Source: Lachnospiraceae bacterium
GTDB lineage: Bacteria > Bacillota > Clostridia > Lachnospirales > Lachnospiraceae
Assembly (NCBI GenBank): GCA_031556525.1
Contig: JAVBSS010000032.1
Location: 1 to 33,187 of the forward strand
DNA length: 33,187 nucleotides
Direction of reading: 5' to 3'
Shown here in pieces: positions 27,620 to 33,187 of this stretch. Both the position numbers and the translations under genes were made by a program. Numbering within the stretch: position 1 is the stretch's first letter; every line of letters begins with the position of its first letter. The notes under the pieces are model-generated. The model was not told the origin of the DNA. It saw nothing but the letters and a program-made list of their open reading frames with translations, and did no database searches.

Positions 27620-28468
27620 CTATTGCTTATAAAATGATTTTAAAGCCTTTCCAAAAAATTCAGTAGTACCTTCTCCATAAATGTTGTCTTGCACTTTTTT
27701 TATTTCTTCGTTTGTTTGATAAAGTTCAGATAGTTCTAGCATCATTGTTGATACATTTTCCATTTGATACATTTGCTTTGATACAAAGTCATATTCTCCA
27801 ATAATTTCTTTTACCTCAAATGAATGTATATCACAATCTTTTCTTTTTGCAAGTTTTTTAAGTATATCTTCTACTCGACGTTGATATGCTGTCAATAATT
27901 CTGGGTTTCCAGGATTTTTGGAAGCTTCCAATGCGCTTTCTTTGTCTCCATACCATTCCACGATTTTTTGGAAATTTTTTTGTGCTGCTTCACTAGAAGC
28001 ACTTTCCATAAAATGCTTTTGAAATGCATCCATACTTCCATAATGGTCAATAGCAATCGATTTCAAATCTTCACTCATATTAGTAATCATTGTATTATAC
28101 ATATCTTCAATTTCACTCTTATTAAATACCTCAAAACTCATTTTATCGTCTCCTTTCAAGATGTCATCTATGCTAGCAATCAACCGTTCCATTCGATTCT
28201 TTTTTGCCACCAGCATGTTTCGTTGCATTTGCAATATTTGATTTTTATCAAGACAAGGACTGTCCATAATTGCTTTGATTTCTTTTAAAGGAATATCAAA
28301 TTCTCGAAAAAACAGTATTTGTTGTAATGTTTCTAGTGATTTATCATCATAGAGTCGATATCCTGCTTCGCTTTTAGAAGTAGGAGTTAAAAGTTCGATT
28401 TCATCGTAATAGTGAAGCGTGCGCACGCTAATGCCCGTTAATTCTGATATTTCCTTTACTGTTCTCAT
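27620..28468 (-). CDS. MerR-family regulator with C-terminal TipAS-like effector domain (TipAL/Mta-like)
   Basis: The N-terminal MerR HTH is MRTVKEISELTGISVRTLHYYDEIELL, followed by a coiled-coil linker and a long C-terminal domain as in TipAL. Confidence 0.75.
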   Translation of the reverse strand: MRTVKEISELTGISVRTLHYYDEIELLTPTSKSEAGYRLYDDKSLETLQQILFFREFDIPLKEIKAIMDSPCLDKNQILQMQRNMLVAKKNRMERLIASIDDILKGDDKMSFEVFNKSEIEDMYNTMITNMSEDLKSIAIDHYGSMDAFQKHFMESASSEAAQKNFQKIVEWYGDKESALEASKNPGNPELLTAYQRRVEDILKKLAKRKDCDIHSFEVKEIIGEYDFVSKQMYQMENVSTMMLELSELYQTNEEIKKVQDNIYGEGTTEFFGKALKSFYKQ

Positions 28469-28769
28469 CTTTATACCTTCCTTGTTCTTGATAAAACTAC
28501 TTTAATCTATGACGCTCCGTGAGAGTCAAGAGTTTTTTGATTTGAGGCTAAAATGTATATAAGTAAATTCTATCACGTAAATACGTATTTATACATACAG
28601 ATTAGTAAGGATATTTAGGATGTTAAAAAAATATTTTATTTGCTAGTTGAATTACTGACTTGATTTTACGCAATATATTGCATATGATGTTAATATGATT
28701 GTAGCAGCTATATTTGTTGTGATTTGACCATGAATATATTGTGAGTATACTTAAGAAAGTGAGACATTA

Positions 28770-29546
28770 ATGCGTTTAGATAAATACCTAGCTCTAGCCC
28801 AGATAGGAACACGAAAAAAAGTAAGAGAATATATATATCAAGGTAATGTCAAAGTAAATGGACAAGTCATTCTGCTTCCGGCAGAGGAAATTGATGAAGA
28901 AATAGATATAGTTAGTTATCTTGAAAAAGAGATTATAGATATCAAAAGTGTGTGCTATATGTTTAACAAACCACAGGGATGTGTTACGGCAAAGAGCGAT
29001 GCGACTCATAAGACTATATTTGATTATTTTACAGATGTTGATACTACAGGATTATTTGCGGTAGGTCGTTTAGATAGAGATACAGAGGGTCTTATTCTAG
29101 TTACTAATGACGGAGAGCTAAATCATCAGTTAATGAATCCGGACCATCATGTAGAGAAGACATATTATTTTTGGGTGTTTGGTGGAATTGATGAAGTGAA
29201 AATGGAAGCTATTAGGCAAGGCATAGATATAGGAGAGAGCGAACTTACTAAGCCAGCAAAGATAGAGATTGTAACTACTGGATCTTATACGGAATTGAAG
29301 GATGAGATGGAGCGAGAGGGTTGCCGAGTTATAAAACATAACCTATATACGCAGGAGGTAACAGCAGGATATCTGACTATTTCAGAGGGAAAGAAGCATC
29401 AAGTAAAACGAATGATGCGAAGCATAGGATGCTATGTTGTATATCTGAAAAGAATATCCATAGGAAATCTAAAATTAGATATAAGCCTTAAGAAAGGCGA
29501 GTATCGAGAAGTGGTTTTGGGAAATAATTATAACGAATTATATTGA
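28770..29546 (+). CDS. rRNA pseudouridine synthase, RsuA/RluB/RluE/RluF family (S4 plus PseudoU_synth_2 domains)
   Basis: The N-terminal S4 domain is MRLDKYLALAQIGTRKKVREYI.QGNVKVNG. The catalytic motif VGRLDRDTEGLILVTNDGEL carries the Asp. Downstream comes KTYYFWV. Confidence 0.85.
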   Translation: MRLDKYLALAQIGTRKKVREYIYQGNVKVNGQVILLPAEEIDEEIDIVSYLEKEIIDIKSVCYMFNKPQGCVTAKSDATHKTIFDYFTDVDTTGLFAVGRLDRDTEGLILVTNDGELNHQLMNPDHHVEKTYYFWVFGGIDEVKMEAIRQGIDIGESELTKPAKIEIVTTGSYTELKDEMEREGCRVIKHNLYTQEVTAGYLTISEGKKHQVKRMMRSIGCYVVYLKRISIGNLKLDISLKKGEYREVVLGNNYNELY

Positions 29547-29652
29547 GACGTAAAATAGGAATTAGCAATAGCATGCAGAAAACAGATTTATAGAACTGCA
29601 GCAAGAAAAATAGCACTAGATAAGATAGAGCAAAGAAAATGGAGGGTTTAAA

Positions 29653-30258
29653 ATGGATGCACAAGTATTTGAACAGATAATGGAAGAATGTCAGAAGAAA
29701 AAAGTGGTTAGCCTATGCAAGAAATTAATTAAGAAATGTTCAATTAAGAGCGGAGCGGATATGGAAAATGTGTGCCATTTAGCTTATTGGCTGTATGTAT
29801 ATGATTTACCAGAGCTTTCAATGAAATGTATTGAACCTACTCATGATATATCTTTTAGTCAGAATTATAACGTATGGGATTTTATCTATAAAATGTGGGG
29901 ATTGGAAATTCGTATATTAAGGGAACAAAATGAACAAGAGAAAATAAGTAGTATTGTTGATACTATGAATAGCCAATATCTTATGCCAACAAAATTTGAT
30001 CCAACAGTAGAAGAACGTGAGAAAAAGGAAACGCAGAGGCGGGCTAGAGTTAATTATGAAGATGTCATTAGAAAAGAACAGATTGATAAGTATTTACAAG
30101 AAGGAAATCTATCATGGGCAAATGACTGGAGATTCATTGCCTTGCTTGGAATGATTGGAGAAACTGAAACTGGATTATACCCATTGCTAAATGAAAGCAA
30201 AATGCAAATAGAAGAAAAGATTACTGAGTATATTGCAGAATTAGTGAAGGTAAAATAG
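29653..30258 (+). CDS. Hypothetical protein (201 aa)
   Basis: The RBS GGAGGG precedes the ATG. No recognisable motifs. It is followed by a repeat-family module with a small hairpin plus T-run (30281-30302). Confidence 0.4.
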   Translation: MDAQVFEQIMEECQKKKVVSLCKKLIKKCSIKSGADMENVCHLAYWLYVYDLPELSMKCIEPTHDISFSQNYNVWDFIYKMWGLEIRILREQNEQEKISSIVDTMNSQYLMPTKFDPTVEEREKKETQRRARVNYEDVIRKEQIDKYLQEGNLSWANDWRFIALLGMIGETETGLYPLLNESKMQIEEKITEYIAELVKVK

Positions 30259-30265
30259 ATTATGA

Positions 30266-30310
30266 AATAAGCCCTGAAAACGAGAAATTCTTGTTTTTGG
30301 GGCTTTGTTG
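30266..30310. repeat. Short copy (B) of the repeat-family terminator-like module
   Basis: CCCTGAAAACGAGAAATTCTTGTTTTTGGGGCTTTGTTG is similar to 21081-21125 CCTTGAAAATGAGAAGAAAGAATTCTCGTTTTTGGGGTTTGTTT. A small hairpin is followed by TTTTTGGGG. Confidence 0.6.
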
Positions 30311-30471
30311 TCAGAATGAATAAATAAGACGTAGTAAATAGTTGAATGAGAAGGAAATATAGAGTACAATAATATTAAATATAAAAACAAGGTATTATGA
30401 GTGACATAAAATTTATTAATTACAATATAGGATGTATTTAGTGGAAACTTTAATTATGCATTTAGTGATTT

Positions 30472-30570
30472 TAATTTAGTCAAAAATTAAAAAATGACTA
30501 AATTAAAATTGACTTTGATATAATCAAGTGATATATTTAATTTAGTCAAAAATTAAAAAATGACTAAATT
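30472..30570 (+). promoter_or_regulatory. The fic-hsdM promoter bracketed by two identical 32-bp palindromic operators
   Basis: The operator AATTTAGTCAAAAATTAAAAAATGACTAAATT (10-bp arms, 12-bp AT spacer) occurs at 30472-30503 and at 30539-30570. A -35-like TGACTA (30495-30500) lies inside the first operator, the -10 TATAAT is at 30519-30524, and the second operator covers the predicted start site. Confidence 0.55.
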
Positions 30571-30592
30571 GAAATATGTTTGAGGTAGATGA

Positions 30593-31654
30593 ATGAGAAA
30601 CTATGATTATAAAGAAAAATGGAAAAAACTACTTACTCCGCAAGTGGTTAATTATTTAACAACAATCCATGAGTTCAGAGGTGAGCAGAGGTTAATTGCT
30701 GATAGGCATGCTGACGTCCTTGTTGATTTAATAGAGGTTGCAAAGATTCAAAGTACAGAAAGTTCTAATAAAATTGAGGGGATCTATACATCAGATGATA
30801 GATTAAAAAAAATTGTACTGGATAAAACTATGCCTAGGAGTAGGGATGAACGAGAGATTGCTGGATATAGAGATGTTCTTAATACGATTCATGATAATAA
30901 TGAGCACATTCCAATTAGAAGTACATTTATATTACAACTTCATAGAGATCTCTATAAATTTGAAAATAATGGAGTTGGTGGTGTTTTTAAAAGTACGGAT
31001 AATGTTATTGAAGAGGAAGATGTAGAAGGAAATAAATCAATTAGATTTAATCCTGTACCATCTTGGGAAACGTCAGATGCTATAGAAAAACTTTGTGAAG
31101 CATATAATTTTGCGATTAGTAATACAGAGGCAGATCCGTTATTAATTATTCCTATGTTTATCCTTGATTTTCTGTGTATACATCCATTTAGAGATGGTAA
31201 TGGAAGAATGAGTCGTTTGTTAACATTATTATTATTGTATAAGTCGGGATATGTTGTTGGAAAATATATTAGTATTGAGAAACTAATTGAAGCTACAAAG
31301 AACTCCTATTATGACGAATTGCAAGAAAGTTCAAGAGAATGGCATGAGGAAGAGAATGATTATATTCCTTTTGTGACATACCTATTAGGTGTAATAACAG
31401 CTGCATATAGAGAGTTTTTTGACAGAACAAAATTAATTGAAGAAAAGAAAATAGCGAAGCCAGATCGAGTTGCCGAAGCGATTAGAAATAATATTGGAAC
31501 AATTACTAAGGCAGAGATTATGAAGAGAGTGACGGGAGTTAGCCAAACAACAATTCAACGGACACTAGGAGAACTTATAGAGCAACAAAAGATTAAAAAA
31601 ATCGGTGGTGGACGATATACAAAATATGTTTGGAACTGGGAGGATGAACAGTAA
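30593..31654 (+). CDS. fic: Fic/DOC-family protein with C-terminal winged-HTH, first gene of the Type I R-M locus
   Basis: The Fic motif is HPFRDGNGRMSRLL. The C-terminal KAEIMKRVTGVSQTTIQRTLGELIEQQKIKKIGGGRYTKY resembles a wHTH. The stop overlaps the hsdM start (ATGA). Confidence 0.9.
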   Translation: MRNYDYKEKWKKLLTPQVVNYLTTIHEFRGEQRLIADRHADVLVDLIEVAKIQSTESSNKIEGIYTSDDRLKKIVLDKTMPRSRDEREIAGYRDVLNTIHDNNEHIPIRSTFILQLHRDLYKFENNGVGGVFKSTDNVIEEEDVEGNKSIRFNPVPSWETSDAIEKLCEAYNFAISNTEADPLLIIPMFILDFLCIHPFRDGNGRMSRLLTLLLLYKSGYVVGKYISIEKLIEATKNSYYDELQESSREWHEEENDYIPFVTYLLGVITAAYREFFDRTKLIEEKKIAKPDRVAEAIRNNIGTITKAEIMKRVTGVSQTTIQRTLGELIEQQKIKKIGGGRYTKYVWNWEDEQ

Positions 31655-33150
31655 TGATTACAGGTGAATTGAAAAGCAAAATTGATAGTTTGTGGGAAAT
31701 ATTTTGGACAGGTGGACTTACAAATCCTTTAGATGTAATTGAACAAATGACATATATGATGTTTATTCATGATTTGGATGATACAGATAATATTCATGCG
31801 AAAGAGAGCGCAATGCTTGGATTGCCATATCAAAGTATTTTTGCAAATGAAGTGTCAATTGGTGATAGAAAAATAGATGGAACGCAGTTGAAATGGTCAG
31901 TGTTTCATGATTTTCCTGCACAGAAAATGTATTCTGTAATTCAAGAAATGGTTTTTCCTTTTATAAAAAATCTTCACGGCAATAAAGATAGTGCATATTC
32001 AAAATATATGGGTGATGCTATATTTAAAGTTCCAACACCATTGATGTTATCCAAAATAGTTGATGCCATGGATGATTTATATCAACAAATGGCAGGATTG
32101 AAAGATACAGATGTTCGCGGTGATGTCTATGAGTATTTACTATCTAAACTAGCAAATTCAGGATTAAATGGACAGTTTAGAACACCACGTCATATTATTA
32201 AAATGATCGTAGAATTAATGGAGCCAACAGCAGATGATACTATTTGTGATCCAGCATGTGGAACATCAGGGTTTCTAGTAGCTGCAGGAGAATATTTAAA
32301 GGAAAATAGAAAAGAAGAAATATTCTACGATAAAGTAAAAAAAGATCACTATATGAATCATATGTTTTATGGGTTTGACATGGATCGTACTATGCTTCGC
32401 ATTGGTGCAATGAATATGATGACACATGGAATAGATAATCCGTTTATTGAATATAGGGATAGCCTATCAGATCAAAATGCAGATAGAGATAAGTATTCCT
32501 TGATTTTAGCGAATCCCCCATTTAAGGGAAGCCTTGATTATGATATTGTGTCTACAGACTTATTGAAAAGGTGTAAGACAAAGAAGACAGAATTGCTATT
32601 TGTGGAATTATTTGTACAGATGATGAAAATTGGAGGTAGATGTGCATGCATCGTTCCAGATGGAGTGTTGTTTGGTTCATCTACAGCGCATAAGGCAATT
32701 CGTAAAGAGTTAGTTGAAAATCAAAGATTAGAAGCAATTATATCTATGCCTTCTGGTGTGTTTAAGCCTTATGCGGGTGTATCTACAGGTATATTGATAT
32801 TTACCAAAACAGAGCATGGTGGAACCGATAATGTATGGTTTTATGACATGACTGCAGACGGATTAAGTTTAGATGATAAGAGGGTTGCGGTATCAGAAAA
32901 TGATATTCCAGACATTGTCGAAAGATTTCATAACCGTGAAAATGAAAAAGATCGAGTAAGAACAGAAAAATCTTTCCTTGTACCTAAACAAGAAATTATT
33001 GATAATGGATATGATTTATCTATAAATAAGTATAAAGAAATAGTATATGAAGCTATAGAATATCCGCCAACGGAAGAGATTATAAATAAAATACTAGAGT
33101 TAGATGAACAAATAGCAAAAGAATTGGCAGAACTTAAGAGTATGTTGTAG
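31654..33150 (+). CDS. hsdM: Type I restriction-modification DNA methyltransferase subunit HsdM (N6-adenine)
   Basis: An HsdM N-terminal domain, the AdoMet motif DPACGTSGFL, and the catalytic NPPF (LANPPFKGS). 498 aa. hsdS and hsdR are presumably beyond the window end. Confidence 0.9.
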   Translation: MITGELKSKIDSLWEIFWTGGLTNPLDVIEQMTYMMFIHDLDDTDNIHAKESAMLGLPYQSIFANEVSIGDRKIDGTQLKWSVFHDFPAQKMYSVIQEMVFPFIKNLHGNKDSAYSKYMGDAIFKVPTPLMLSKIVDAMDDLYQQMAGLKDTDVRGDVYEYLLSKLANSGLNGQFRTPRHIIKMIVELMEPTADDTICDPACGTSGFLVAAGEYLKENRKEEIFYDKVKKDHYMNHMFYGFDMDRTMLRIGAMNMMTHGIDNPFIEYRDSLSDQNADRDKYSLILANPPFKGSLDYDIVSTDLLKRCKTKKTELLFVELFVQMMKIGGRCACIVPDGVLFGSSTAHKAIRKELVENQRLEAIISMPSGVFKPYAGVSTGILIFTKTEHGGTDNVWFYDMTADGLSLDDKRVAVSENDIPDIVERFHNRENEKDRVRTEKSFLVPKQEIIDNGYDLSINKYKEIVYEAIEYPPTEEIINKILELDEQIAKELAELKSML

Positions 33151-33187
33151 GTTTTGGGAAAGGAAAAACAAATTCAGATTTGTAGGG

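Noticed and set aside
30472-30570. A CRISPR-like array (identical 32-bp repeats)
   Set aside because: There are only two copies. Each is an internal palindrome with an AT-only centre, positioned around a -10 element. They are operator sites, not CRISPR repeats, and no cas genes are present.

Overview
The window is a low-GC chromosomal segment, probably from a Clostridia-like Firmicute. It reads as a mosaic of core and accessory DNA. (1) 1-12.6 kb: a truncated GNAT gene, a DMT transporter and an atypical TM-less SPFH protein. The rtcB RNA ligase gene is divergently paired with two tandem WYL+WCX paralogs. A tRNA-like 3' fragment and tandem hairpin repeats lie in the spacer downstream of rtcB. 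Next come an Fe-alcohol dehydrogenase, a FliB-like Cys-rich protein, a GerMN-like protein, an SDR, a LytR_C protein, a TagA-like protein and a YitT protein. (2) 12.8-21.0 kb is a conserved core block: msmX-type sugar ABC ATPase, a PucR-like regulator, ftsE, ftsX, an M23 peptidase, an S41 Ctp protease and guaA. (3) 21.0-30.6 kb is an AT-rich accessory segment. Copies of a mosaic intergenic repeat mark its edges and its interior. It carries two small Cys-rich genes behind triple GTTTTTGGGG direct repeats, an IS110-family element with a structured non-coding left end that may encode a bridge RNA, and a strong promoter with a 250-nt leader. That promoter drives a small-gene cluster: an ORF split at an A9 tract, a 75-aa ORF, a 3-TM protein and a YbjN-like protein. 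The segment also carries an IS256-family element, a TipA-like MerR regulator, a pseudouridine synthase and a hypothetical gene. (4) 30.6-33.2 kb is the start of a Type I R-M locus (fic-hsdM, overlapping by ATGA) whose promoter is bracketed by two identical 32-bp palindromic operators. I saw no rRNA, no intact tRNA and no CRISPR array. All homology calls rest on motifs read by eye from the translations. No database search was possible.
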